DNA of 64,000 nucleotides from Candidatus Gottesmanbacteria bacterium GW2011_GWC1_43_10. Its GTDB lineage: Bacteria; Patescibacteriota; Microgenomatia; UBA10105. Below the pieces are notes generated by a model that saw only the letters and a list, made by a program, of their open reading frames with translations, searched no databases and had not been told where the DNA came from. Position numbers and translations under genes: made by a program. The stretch is taken from the NCBI GenBank assembly GCA_000995415.1, contig LCEX01000003.1, forward strand, positions 15,470 through 79,469, written 5' to 3'. Each line of letters starts with the position of its first letter. Position 1 is the stretch's first letter. Positions 9,751-19,565 of this stretch are shown here, piece after piece.

Positions 9751-10869
9751 ATGCATATCGGAATTGACGGGTATGAAGCAAACACTCATAAACGTGTGGG
9801 TATTGGTCAGTACGCCTATCAAGTGATCAAATACTTGCATCAGTTGGACCAGAAAAATTCATATACTATATTTTTGCCGTCTCTGCCGCTTCAAGACCTA
9901 CCTGAAACGAAGTCTAACTGGAAATATACTATCGGTAATCCTGGAAGTCTATGGACGATTCGTCAGTTGCCGGGTTTGATCCAAAAAAATCCGGTAGACC
10001 TCTTTTTTTCTCCGACACACTATTTACCTTGGTTCACTCAAATGCCAAAAGTATTATCAGTCATGGATTTGTCATATCTGCATTATCCCGGTTTGTTTAA
10101 GTTCAAAGATTTGATACAACTCAAATACATGGGTCTTTATTCCATAAAAAGAGCACAAAAAATATTCACAATTTCTGAATTTACAAAAAAGGAGATAATT
10201 GAGCACTATCATTATCCAAAAGATAAGATTATGGTTACATATCCTGGATATAGAAAATTAAGAATTAAGAGTTCCGAATTAAGAACTAGAGATATACGAA
10301 CTAAATACGGGATTAAAGGTCGATATATATTGTTCGTGGGCACGATACAGCCGCGGAAAAATGTGGACAGACTCATTGAGGCTTTTGAAATGTTCAATAT
10401 GGAAGCTGACTTGGTTTTGGTGGGGAAAAAGGGATGGTTGTACGAATCGATTTTTAGAGCAATCGAAGCTTCTCCCAAGAAGGACGCTATCCATTATCTG
10501 GACTTTGTGACAGAGGCAGAACTAGTCAGTTTATACCAAAATGCCGCCTGTTTTGTATTGCCTTCGTTATATGAAGGTTTTGGAATTCCAGTAGCTGAAG
10601 CGATGCAGAATGGTTGTCCGGTCGTGGTTTCGAATACTTCCAGTTTACCTGAAGTCGCAGGAGAAGCAGGTATATATGTAAATCCACTTGCAGCTCAAGA
10701 TATTGCAGAAGGGTTGCACAAAGCGTTACAATTGAAACCAGAGGAACGAAGTCGGCGAGTTGAATTGGGTCGTAAACATATAGAACAGTTTAGTTGGGAG
10801 ATTTGTGCCAAAAAGACATTGGAAGTATTAAATTCATTTAGTCATCCCGACCGAAGTGGAGGGATCTAA
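9751..10869 (+). CDS. glycosyltransferase family 4
   Basis: GT4 motif LPSLYEGFGIPVAEAMQNGCPVVVSNTSSLPEVAG. Confidence 0.85.
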   Translation: MHIGIDGYEANTHKRVGIGQYAYQVIKYLHQLDQKNSYTIFLPSLPLQDLPETKSNWKYTIGNPGSLWTIRQLPGLIQKNPVDLFFSPTHYLPWFTQMPKVLSVMDLSYLHYPGLFKFKDLIQLKYMGLYSIKRAQKIFTISEFTKKEIIEHYHYPKDKIMVTYPGYRKLRIKSSELRTRDIRTKYGIKGRYILFVGTIQPRKNVDRLIEAFEMFNMEADLVLVGKKGWLYESIFRAIEASPKKDAIHYLDFVTEAELVSLYQNAACFVLPSLYEGFGIPVAEAMQNGCPVVVSNTSSLPEVAGEAGIYVNPLAAQDIAEGLHKALQLKPEERSRRVELGRKHIEQFSWEICAKKTLEVLNSFSHPDRSGGI

Positions 10870-11161
10870 CAAATCAGTGGCAAGAAAACAATATTATGTA
10901 TACATCTTAAGAAGTCTATCAGGCGTTTTTTATATTGGAATTACTTATGATTTAGTAAGACGGATTTATGAACACAAGCAAGGATTTGTTGACGGTTTTA
11001 CTAAAAAGTATAAAGTTAACATTTTGATCTATTATGAAGTTTACGGCGATCCATGGGCGGCTATCGCACGAGAAAAACAATTAAAAAACTGGAATAGAAA
11101 AAAGAAAATCGCCTTAATAACAAAAGCTAATCCTAAGTTTGAAGAGTTAGTCATTACGTAG
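10856..11161 (+). CDS. GIY-YIG nuclease family protein (UPF0213-like, stand-alone)
   Basis: The 101-aa protein has YYVYILRS..GVFYIGITYDLVRRIYEHKQG, the GIY-YIG core with an Arg and a Glu. Confidence 0.75.
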   Translation: MEGSNKSVARKQYYVYILRSLSGVFYIGITYDLVRRIYEHKQGFVDGFTKKYKVNILIYYEVYGDPWAAIAREKQLKNWNRKKKIALITKANPKFEELVIT

Positions 11162-11248
11162 TAGTCGGATGAGAAAGATCCCTCGACTACGCTCGGGATG
11201 ACAACACTTTTACCTTGGGATGACACTTTTACCTTGGGATGGCACTTT
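11161..11248. repeat. palindromic element related to family A (gtagtcg...cgactacgctcgggatgac) followed by a 19-22 bp tandem direct repeat (atgacacttttaccttggg x2.5)
   Basis: Stem gtagtcg/cgactac. The 3' end ctacgctcgggatgac resembles the ctacgctcgcaatgac end of the 31588 element. The direct repeats were seen directly. Confidence 0.6.
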
Positions 11249-11253
11249 AGACT

Positions 11254-11847
11254 ATGAAAGATAGGATGGGACGAGAATTATCAACACAACAAGTGATGCA
11301 AAAAGGCACCAACCGTATTTTATGGGTCATGTTGGATTTGGAACTGATGCTACTTCGTTGGATAGGACACATACCTTTTCACTCAATCCGTAATTTGTTT
11401 TATGCTCTGGCCGGGATAAAAATAGGCCGAGGTGCAACTTTGCATATGTGGGCCAATTTCAATTACCTTGCAAATATTGAGATTGGTGAGGGGACGATCG
11501 TGGGTGACCACGCTTTTATTGATGGACGTGCTAAAGTAAAGATAGGTAACCATGTTGACATCGCCTCAAGTGTCATGATTTGGAGCGGGAAACATGATTA
11601 TGAGAGTGAAGATTTCCATCCGGTGTTTTCACCTGTAATGATTGAAGACTATGTATTTATCGGCCCGCGTGTGATCATCCAGCCCGGAGTGACTATCGGT
11701 AAAGGTGCAATTGTGGCTGCCGGAGCAGTGGTGTCAAAAGATGTGCCTGCCTATGCCATCGTCGGTGGTGTCCCGGCTAAGGCAATTGGTGAACGCAAAC
11801 TCAAAGATCTGCATTACCGTCTCGGCTGGGCCAGACTATTTCAATAA
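11254..11847 (+). CDS. hexapeptide-repeat (left-handed beta-helix) sugar O-acetyltransferase (WcaF/WbbJ-like)
   Basis: There are multiple [LIV]-G-x-x-x-x hexapeptide repeats: IGEGTIVGDHAFIDGRAKV...IGPRVIIQPGVTIGKGAIVAAGAVV. Confidence 0.8.
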   Translation: MKDRMGRELSTQQVMQKGTNRILWVMLDLELMLLRWIGHIPFHSIRNLFYALAGIKIGRGATLHMWANFNYLANIEIGEGTIVGDHAFIDGRAKVKIGNHVDIASSVMIWSGKHDYESEDFHPVFSPVMIEDYVFIGPRVIIQPGVTIGKGAIVAAGAVVSKDVPAYAIVGGVPAKAIGERKLKDLHYRLGWARLFQ

Positions 11848-11852
11848 ATTTT

Positions 11853-12161
11853 ATGGATTTTAAGGTATTACTTCAGCGGGCCCGCCAAATTAGACGTAAA
11901 TACTCGGAGTTCGAAACCAAAAAATACGGTAAACCTTGGAATAAAGCACAAATCATGCAGGGATTGGTCGGAGATATAGGAGATCTCATGAAGTTGGTGA
12001 TGGTAAAAGAGGGAGTTAGAGAGATTCAAGACGTTGATGTGAGGCTCAAGCACGAACTTGCAGATTGTCTGTGGGCAGTTATGATCTTGGCCGACGAATA
12101 CGGTGTCGACTTGGAAAAATCATTTTTGGAGACGATGGCTGAGTTGGAGAAGAAGTTTTGA
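11853..12161 (+). CDS. MazG-like nucleotide pyrophosphohydrolase domain protein
   Basis: 102 aa. The E-x-x-E/D helical motif HELADCLWAVMILADEYGVDLE is typical of the MazG/HisE-like all-alpha NTP pyrophosphatase fold. Confidence 0.6.
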   Translation: MDFKVLLQRARQIRRKYSEFETKKYGKPWNKAQIMQGLVGDIGDLMKLVMVKEGVREIQDVDVRLKHELADCLWAVMILADEYGVDLEKSFLETMAELEKKF

Positions 12162-12329
12162 TCTTTAATTACTATAACTTATTTTACTTCAGATAAATAG
12201 ACTATCAAACACGTTAAAAAACTAACAAACCTCTCTTTCACCGAAACTAACAATTCTTGCCGATTCTTGGTAGAATAGGTACAGGGCGAGGTAGAATTGG
12301 TCGGAAAATAGCCTCAAATTGCCCATTTT

Positions 12330-15300
12330 ATGCTAAAATTTCTGCGTTGGTTGGATGAGAATTTGTTGCTGATCGTCACTGGTTTTTTGCTGGCGTTTAT
12401 TCCTCTATTTCCCAAAGTCCCGCTTTTTGACATCCTACCAGGCTATATCGTGCGGGTGAGGATGGAAGATTTCTTAGTCGGGGGGACGCTCATTTTATGG
12501 TTGATTCAACTTGTACGAAAAAAAGTCAGTTTTGGACCAAACCCTCTAGCTAAACCGGTTTTAGCCTATTTAAGTATTGGTATTTTGTCGATGTTGTCGG
12601 CGATCTTTATCACTCACACTGTGCCGCTTGAAGCCCTGCATATCAATAAAATGGTACTGCATTTCCTGCGCCGGATTGAATACTTTTCCCTATTTTTCGT
12701 TTTTTATTCGGCAGTAAAATCTTTTAAACACGTAAAAATATATTTGATCATTTTGGTGACAACTGTAGTTGGAGTCACGCTTTATGGTTACGGCCAAAAA
12801 TATCTGTACTGGCCGGCGTTTTCGACCATGAACCGCGAGTTTTCCAAGGGTTGGGCCTTGTACCTCACCCAGCACGCGCGGGTTTTATCCACCTTTGGCG
12901 GGCACTATGATCTGGCAGCCTATGCCATGATTGCTTTAGTTTTTTTGTGGAGTATTTTTTTTGGACTCACAAAACGGTGGTTGCAGCTAGTTGTATTTAC
13001 GGTCATTGCCGGGGTGTTTTGGCTCTTGATTCTGACGGCTTCGCGGACTTCATTTATTGCTTATTTAGTAGGAGTCACAGTATTATTCTTTTTTTGGGCG
13101 TTTCACCAAGGAGTGGGTTGGGCAGTCAGACGTTGGTTGGGAGTAGTAGTTTTGAGTATTGTGATCATGTTGTCTTTTGGTGATTTGTCGGAAAGGTTTA
13201 CCAAACTTTTAAAACTTGACCAACGATTGGCCGGCATCAAAACTTTACTTCTGCAGCCGATCGGAGCTCCTCCAGCAGGCACGCAATTTGCACTACTAGA
13301 AAACAATTTGCAGGCAGTGACCTCCAAAAGCGATTTTCCACCGTTACCTATCCGTCCTACAGATGTCACCGAAGTGATTCCGGAAGGATTTGAAGCCACT
13401 GAATCTGCTTCTGGTGCAGCCATCACTCGTGCAGTTCCACGCAATTATTCCCGGACGGCTCTAATTTACGATTTATCGACCGGAATTCGCTTGGATGCAT
13501 TGTGGCCTAGAGCAATTGCTGGTTTCAAGCGAAATATCTTGTTGGGTAGCGGATATTCGACTCTCACAAAAACTCAATTCAACGAATTCACAGAGGCTGA
13601 GTCGACCGACAATGACTATTTACGGGCTCTGGGAGAAACAGGACTGTTGGGTTTTATCACCTTCGGTTGGATTTTACTGAGCGCGGGCTGGGTCATTTGG
13701 AAAGCCTTTGCTAAAATAAAAAACCCACTGGAATTTGCTTTGAGCATCAGTCTTGTAGCTGTAATCGTAGGCTTATTAGTCAACGCCGTCTATATAGATG
13801 TTTTTGAGGCGTCCAAAGTGGCTTTCTTCTTTTGGGCTTTTACCGGTATCACTTTGGGGTTAGTAAAGGTACTCCGACCGCAAGACCAGTATGCCCAACC
13901 CAAAATCTTGGTGCCTACTGGAGCTGCTGCAAAGCGTGAGCTAGGCAAACTGATACGCCGGATTATTTTCAGCCATAAAACCCATTTACTACTTATTCTG
14001 ATTTTGGCTTTGGGATTGCGCTATTATAATATCAATGTGCCGCTTGCGGATTGGCACAGTTGGCGCCAGGCTGATACCTCGGCCGTGACCAGAAATTATG
14101 TCCGTTATGGCGTAAATTTATTGTATCCGCGCTATGATGATTTGTCCTCTGTGCCTTCAGGCAGACCTAATCCTGAAGGCTACCGTTTTGTGGAATTTCC
14201 GCTCTACAATGGGTTGGCGGTGATTGTAGACAGACTTTTCCCTGGCTACAATGTCGAGTACTCCGGCCGGCTGACTTCGATTTTTGCCTCGCTGGGCAGT
14301 TTGATTTTTATTTATTTGATCAGTAAGAAATACTTTAGTCACCGCGTGGGTTTGATCGCCGCAGGTTTATTTGCGGTTTTGCCTTACAACCTTTACTGGT
14401 CGCGCGTAATTTTACCAGAACCTTTCCAGGTGTTTTTAACTACCGGACTCGTGTATTTTTTTGATAAATGGGTAGAGAGTAGCAAAAAACGGTTTTGGCT
14501 CACGGCTTTGGTATTTGCAATTTCGGCATTGCTGGTCAAATTTAGCGTCATCTTTTTTGCGGTACCTTTGGCGTATTTAGTCTGGCACAAGTGGGGTTGG
14601 AAATCATTGGCCAATCCTTGGGTGTATTTATTTGCCATATTCACGATTGTTCCATTTTTGGCCTGGCGTTGGCATATTTCCCGCTATCCGGAAGGCATTC
14701 CGGCTTATATGTGGTTATTTAACGGTAACGGGATCAGGTTTAAGGGTTCCTGGTTTTGGTGGTTGTTTGCCGAAAGACTGGCCAAACTCATTTTGGGAGG
14801 GTGGGGAGTAGTGCTTTTGAGTTTTGGCTTGGTACGTAAGGAGTTGCAAGGCGCGAAACCCAAATTTTTATTCCATTTTTGGTTACTCGGACTACTTATT
14901 TATCTGGCTGTTTTTGCCACTGGCAACGTCCAGCATGATTATTACCAGACGATTTTGACGCCTATTTTATGTATATTTATGGCGTTGGGGATCGACTATC
15001 TCTGGGACAAAACTGCCCCCAACCAGTACCGGTGGTTGGCTCGGGGTATGATGTTCATCTCGCTATTTTTTATGCTGATGTTTGGTTGGTATCAAATCAA
15101 AGATCTCTACAATATCAACCATCCGGAGATTGTTGAAGCGGGAAAGGAATTTGAGCGGTTGGTTCCCAATAATCAAGTGAAAGTGATCGCTCCTTATGGA
15201 GGTGATACCGCATTTCTTTATCAAACTGGTAAGCGTGGTTGGCCGATCGTTGAAGGAACTATCGAAGAGATGATCGGACGCGGGGCCCAATTTTACATCA

Positions 15301-15455
15301 GCACCAATTTTGACGAGCTAACACAGGAACTCATCAAAACCGCCAGAAAGAGCGAAAAGGGGTTGGACATTTTGCATAACTACAAAATCATCAAATACAC
15401 TGATATGTATGTGATCATCCAGTTGGTGCCGAATAAATTACTTCCCAGTTCATAA
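12330..15455 (+). CDS. large fusion membrane protein: N-terminal O-antigen ligase/polymerase-like (Wzy_C) + C-terminal PMT_2/GT39-like glycosyltransferase
   Basis: 1041 aa. The N-terminal half carries the O-antigen-ligase signature NDYLRALGETGLLGF after an R..S helix cluster. The C-terminal half carries the PMT_2 motif DWHSWRQADTSAVTRNYV plus many TM helices. Confidence 0.55.
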   Translation: MLKFLRWLDENLLLIVTGFLLAFIPLFPKVPLFDILPGYIVRVRMEDFLVGGTLILWLIQLVRKKVSFGPNPLAKPVLAYLSIGILSMLSAIFITHTVPLEALHINKMVLHFLRRIEYFSLFFVFYSAVKSFKHVKIYLIILVTTVVGVTLYGYGQKYLYWPAFSTMNREFSKGWALYLTQHARVLSTFGGHYDLAAYAMIALVFLWSIFFGLTKRWLQLVVFTVIAGVFWLLILTASRTSFIAYLVGVTVLFFFWAFHQGVGWAVRRWLGVVVLSIVIMLSFGDLSERFTKLLKLDQRLAGIKTLLLQPIGAPPAGTQFALLENNLQAVTSKSDFPPLPIRPTDVTEVIPEGFEATESASGAAITRAVPRNYSRTALIYDLSTGIRLDALWPRAIAGFKRNILLGSGYSTLTKTQFNEFTEAESTDNDYLRALGETGLLGFITFGWILLSAGWVIWKAFAKIKNPLEFALSISLVAVIVGLLVNAVYIDVFEASKVAFFFWAFTGITLGLVKVLRPQDQYAQPKILVPTGAAAKRELGKLIRRIIFSHKTHLLLILILALGLRYYNINVPLADWHSWRQADTSAVTRNYVRYGVNLLYPRYDDLSSVPSGRPNPEGYRFVEFPLYNGLAVIVDRLFPGYNVEYSGRLTSIFASLGSLIFIYLISKKYFSHRVGLIAAGLFAVLPYNLYWSRVILPEPFQVFLTTGLVYFFDKWVESSKKRFWLTALVFAISALLVKFSVIFFAVPLAYLVWHKWGWKSLANPWVYLFAIFTIVPFLAWRWHISRYPEGIPAYMWLFNGNGIRFKGSWFWWLFAERLAKLILGGWGVVLLSFGLVRKELQGAKPKFLFHFWLLGLLIYLAVFATGNVQHDYYQTILTPILCIFMALGIDYLWDKTAPNQYRWLARGMMFISLFFMLMFGWYQIKDLYNINHPEIVEAGKEFERLVPNNQVKVIAPYGGDTAFLYQTGKRGWPIVEGTIEEMIGRGAQFYISTNFDELTQELIKTARKSEKGLDILHNYKIIKYTDMYVIIQLVPNKLLPSS

Positions 15456-15459
15456 GTCC

Positions 15460-16653
15460 ATGAAAATCTTGATGCTGACGCCCTACCTACCTTATCCACT
15501 TCTTTCCGGCGGACAAATCCGTTCTTACAACTTGCTCAAAAATTTGGCCAAAAAACATCAAATCACTTTGGTAGCTCTCATAAAACACGATGATGAAAAA
15601 AAATATATTGCCAATATTGCTCAGTACTGTCATCAGGTGATCGTAGCCAAACGACCAGAAAAACCCTGGACGCTGACCAACATCATCCAAACAGGATTTG
15701 GCAAATACCCGTTTTTGGTGGTACGGAACTATTCGACTGAAGCCAAATCAGCCGTGATAGAGAAACTTAGAGCAGAGCAGTTTGACTTGATCCACGCCGA
15801 AACTTTTTACGTCATGCCGCATATTCCTACTACCCAGACTCCCATTTTACTGGTTGAACAAACAATCGAATATTTAGTTTACCAACACTTTGTAGAGACT
15901 ATGCGTTTTTTACCGCTGCGTTGGTTGTTTTCACTCGACGTAGCCAAAATCCGCTATTGGGAGGAATATTACTGGAAGCAAGCTACCCGAGTAGTAGCCA
16001 TGTCGGAGCCGGACAAAGAAGTGATGTTGTCACGAATTCCGCCACTTGATGTTTCTATTGTTCCCAACGGGGTTGACAGCATGGTTTTTAAATTTCAAAA
16101 TAAGACTCTAAATACCGACCCTACGATTTTATTTGTCGGCAATTTTAAATGGCTGCAAAATCGCGAAGCGGTCTCAATCCTGGTGAACAAGATTTGGCCG
16201 AGAATTGTAAAGCAAATTCCCGATGCAAAACTTTGGATCGTAGGTAGGTTCCCGACGCCCGAAATTTTGGCCCTCAAAGACAAACAAGTGGAAATTTCAG
16301 ATAATATTGAAGATATTCGACAGGCGTACCAAAAATCAGACATGTTACTCGCGCCAATTTATGGCCCGGGAGGGACGCGATACAAAATATTGGAAGCCAT
16401 GGCCTCAGGGTTGCCGGTAGTGACGACTCCACAAGGGATAGAAGGATTGGGAGCAGTTGACAGCAAAGAAGCTTTGATCCGGGTGAGTCATGAGGCACTA
16501 GCTGATGCCACAATCCAAGTTTTACAAGATAAAAAACTTTATCGGAATTTGGCTGTCAAGGCCAATTCGTTAGTCCGCCAAAACTACAGCTGGAAAGGTA
16601 TCGCCACTTTCTTGGATCGGATCTATGAGGCAGTCGCCCATGAAAAAAACTGA
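15460..16653 (+). CDS. glycosyltransferase family 4
   Basis: Motif LAPIYGPGGTRYKILEAMASGLPVVTTPQGIEGL. Confidence 0.8.
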   Translation: MKILMLTPYLPYPLLSGGQIRSYNLLKNLAKKHQITLVALIKHDDEKKYIANIAQYCHQVIVAKRPEKPWTLTNIIQTGFGKYPFLVVRNYSTEAKSAVIEKLRAEQFDLIHAETFYVMPHIPTTQTPILLVEQTIEYLVYQHFVETMRFLPLRWLFSLDVAKIRYWEEYYWKQATRVVAMSEPDKEVMLSRIPPLDVSIVPNGVDSMVFKFQNKTLNTDPTILFVGNFKWLQNREAVSILVNKIWPRIVKQIPDAKLWIVGRFPTPEILALKDKQVEISDNIEDIRQAYQKSDMLLAPIYGPGGTRYKILEAMASGLPVVTTPQGIEGLGAVDSKEALIRVSHEALADATIQVLQDKKLYRNLAVKANSLVRQNYSWKGIATFLDRIYEAVAHEKN

Positions 16654-17515
16654 TATATCGATCATTATTGTTTCTTATAATACCCGTGAATTATTGGACC
16701 GGTGTTTAAACTCGGTATACAAAGGTCTTACTGATTCAGATCTGAATTTCGAAGTTATTGTAGTGGATAATGCTTCAACTGACGGGTCGGTCGAAATGCT
16801 GACACAAAAATATCTCCAGGTAAAATTGATTAAAAATACGACCAATGTGGGATTTGGTCGAGCTAACAATCAAGGAGCAGAAATGGCCCGCGGCAAACAG
16901 CTGTTATTCCTCAATTCCGACATCATCGTTTTAGACCGCGCCATAGTAAAATTGTCTGAGTACGGAAAAACTTGGCCGCAGGCGGTGATCGGCGGAAAAT
17001 TGTTTAATCCAGATCGCAGTCCTCAAACCTCATGTGGGCCAGCTTACTCTTTACCAAACATTTTTGTGGCCTTATTTTTGAAAGGCGATTATTTAAACCT
17101 GACCCGATATTCGCCGCAACAAATCAAGCAGGTAGATTGGGTGATGGGTGCGTGTATGCTCATGAGCAAGGAAATGTTTCTACGAGTGGGAAAATTTGAT
17201 GAGGGGATTTTCATGTACATGGAAGAAATTGACTTTGCCCACCGGGCGCAAAAATTGGGCGCCAAAATTTATTTTTATCCCGATGCCCATTTTATCCATG
17301 TGGGAGCGGCAAGTAGCCACGGACGTGCCAATCCGATCCTCAATGTTTTCCGCGGATTGATTTACTATTACAATAAGCATGGTTCTTCTGCGCAAAAATT
17401 ATTACTTAGAATACTTTTACTACTCAAGGCGGTTTCGGCTATTATTCTATTTTCGTTGATGGGTAAAAAATATGATCGAGATATATATATCAAGGCTCTT
17501 GTTCTAGTTATTTAG
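16625..17515 (+). CDS. glycosyltransferase family 2
   Basis: ISIIIVSYNTRELL...VIVVDNASTDGS...FLNSDIIV, the GT2 DXD architecture. Confidence 0.85.
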   Translation: MRQSPMKKTDISIIIVSYNTRELLDRCLNSVYKGLTDSDLNFEVIVVDNASTDGSVEMLTQKYLQVKLIKNTTNVGFGRANNQGAEMARGKQLLFLNSDIIVLDRAIVKLSEYGKTWPQAVIGGKLFNPDRSPQTSCGPAYSLPNIFVALFLKGDYLNLTRYSPQQIKQVDWVMGACMLMSKEMFLRVGKFDEGIFMYMEEIDFAHRAQKLGAKIYFYPDAHFIHVGAASSHGRANPILNVFRGLIYYYNKHGSSAQKLLLRILLLLKAVSAIILFSLMGKKYDRDIYIKALVLVI

Positions 17516-17518
17516 AAA

Positions 17519-17554
17519 AACCTCACCCTAACCTCCCCTTAATAAGGGGAGGGG
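17519..17554. repeat. family D hairpin element (aacctcaccctaacctcccctt-aataa-ggggagggg)
   Basis: The stem-loop overlaps the RBS region. Copies in both orientations lie at 36331-36365, 36380-36414 and 60848-60881. Confidence 0.7.
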
Positions 17555-17559
17555 AAAAT

Positions 17560-18459
17560 ATGAAATTATCTATCATCATTGTTAGTTTTAACACCAAAGA
17601 ATTGCTTAAGGATTGTTTAACGTCTTTGGTCACTCATTACCAAAGCCAATTTTCCCAAAAACAGTTCGAAATCATTGTCGTTGATAATGCCTCAAATGAC
17701 GGGACACAATTAGAGTTAAAAAAACGCTTTCCGGACATTTATCTTATCGAAAACCGGAAAAATCTGGGATTTGCCAAAGCCAACAATTTGGGTGTCAAAA
17801 AGTCTCAGGGAGAAATGGTGCTATTTCTAAATCCTGACACGAAAGTTCCCGAAAATACACTTACCACTATGACAGATTATTTACAAGTTAATCCCAAGGT
17901 TGGTATTGCTACTTGTAAAGTAGTGCTTACGGATGGATCTATCGATGATGCTTCGCACCGCGGATTTCCGACTCCCTGGCGGGCTATGACTCATTTTATA
18001 GGTTTGAGTAAACTTTTTCCCCGCAGCCAACTCTTCAACGGTTATCATTTGGGATATCAAAATATGGGTGAGACGCATGAAATAGACTCATGTGTAGGCG
18101 CATTTTTGATGATTAAACGAGATATTGGAGACGAGTTACACTGGTTTGATGAAGACTATTTTTGGTATGGAGATGACTTGGATTTGTGTTTTCGTGCCAA
18201 ACAAGCCGGTTATCAAGTGATGTATGTGCCGACGGTTTCAATTATTCATTATAAAGGTGCAGCCAGTGGACTTAAGAAGTACTCCGAACATTTATCTTCT
18301 GCTAATAATGAAACTAAAAGGTTAGCGACGAAAGCCCGGTTTGAAGTCATGCGCATATTTTATCGCAAACATTATTTGCATCTATATCCGAAATGGTTGA
18401 CTGGTTTAGTATTTTTGGGAATTTCTTTAAAACAAAAATTTACTGAGTTAACCTTATGA
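17560..18459 (+). CDS. glycosyltransferase family 2
   Basis: LSIIIVSFNTKELL...IIVVDNASNDGT...FLNPDTKV. Confidence 0.85.
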   Translation: MKLSIIIVSFNTKELLKDCLTSLVTHYQSQFSQKQFEIIVVDNASNDGTQLELKKRFPDIYLIENRKNLGFAKANNLGVKKSQGEMVLFLNPDTKVPENTLTTMTDYLQVNPKVGIATCKVVLTDGSIDDASHRGFPTPWRAMTHFIGLSKLFPRSQLFNGYHLGYQNMGETHEIDSCVGAFLMIKRDIGDELHWFDEDYFWYGDDLDLCFRAKQAGYQVMYVPTVSIIHYKGAASGLKKYSEHLSSANNETKRLATKARFEVMRIFYRKHYLHLYPKWLTGLVFLGISLKQKFTELTL

Positions 18460-19565
18460 AAATCGGCATTGATGCAAGGTTGTGGAACGAAACAGGAGTG
18501 GGCCGTTATATCCGTGCACTCGTGACTCACCTCATGGAACTTGATACCAAAAATGAGTATGTGGTTTTTTTGCGCGCCCGAGAATTTCATAAAATCCATT
18601 TTTCCCGCTCCAATTGGCAAACACAAATAGCTGACGTTTCATGGCATAGTTTAGCCGAACAACTTGAGATGCCGGGTATTTACAAGAGTCACAATCTGGA
18701 TTTATTGCATATTCCTTACTTTGCCGTGCCGTTTTTTACCCCGCAGCCATATGTAGTGACCATCCACGATTTGACAATTTCCCGTTTTGCTACAGGTTTA
18801 GCTACAACCAGACCTTTGCCTATCTACGGCTTAAAACGGTTGGGATATAATTTGGTATTAACACGGGCCTTAAAACGGGCCCAGACTATCATCACCGTTT
18901 CCCAAACAGTCAAACAGGAGTTGCTTACAGAGTATCAACTTCCCCCGGACAAAGTGAAGGTCATTTATGAAGCGGGCGAACTGGAAACAACTGCTGCCGA
19001 AACCAAAATTAAAGCTCCGGAACCCTATCTTTTATATGTAGGCAATGCCCATCCGCACAAAAACCTGGAGCGGTTGCTTGCGGCTTTTCCGCTGTTAAAA
19101 GTGGAATTTCCGAAACTACATTTAGTTTTGATTGGAAAACGTGATTATTTCTATCAAAGGTTAGAAAAACAGGTTGCACCAGATGCATCTGATATAATTT
19201 TTGCCGGAGATGTGACTAATGCAGAGCTCATCTACTGGTATAAGCATGCGTTGGCGTTGGTTTTTCCAACTTTGGCTGAAGGTTTTGGGATCCCGGGGTT
19301 GGAAGCTATGACTCTCGGTTGTCCGGTGGTGGCTTCTAGATTGCCGGTGTTTACCGAAATTTATGGGGAGGCGGCTGCATATTTTGATCCTTACGATACC
19401 GGACAGTTAGTCAAAACACTTACACAAATCTTAAAAAATAAGACTTGGCGGCAAAAGTTAATTTCCCAAGGACATGTTCAAAGTAAACTTTATTCTTGGA
19501 AAAAAATGGCTGCTGCCACATTGAATATTTATGAAGATAGCCTTAGTTTACGATCACGTAAATAA
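18456..19565 (+). CDS. glycosyltransferase family 4
   Basis: Motif FPTLAEGFGIPGLEAMTLGCPVVASRLPVFTEIYG. Confidence 0.85.
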   Translation: MKIGIDARLWNETGVGRYIRALVTHLMELDTKNEYVVFLRAREFHKIHFSRSNWQTQIADVSWHSLAEQLEMPGIYKSHNLDLLHIPYFAVPFFTPQPYVVTIHDLTISRFATGLATTRPLPIYGLKRLGYNLVLTRALKRAQTIITVSQTVKQELLTEYQLPPDKVKVIYEAGELETTAAETKIKAPEPYLLYVGNAHPHKNLERLLAAFPLLKVEFPKLHLVLIGKRDYFYQRLEKQVAPDASDIIFAGDVTNAELIYWYKHALALVFPTLAEGFGIPGLEAMTLGCPVVASRLPVFTEIYGEAAAYFDPYDTGQLVKTLTQILKNKTWRQKLISQGHVQSKLYSWKKMAAATLNIYEDSLSLRSRK

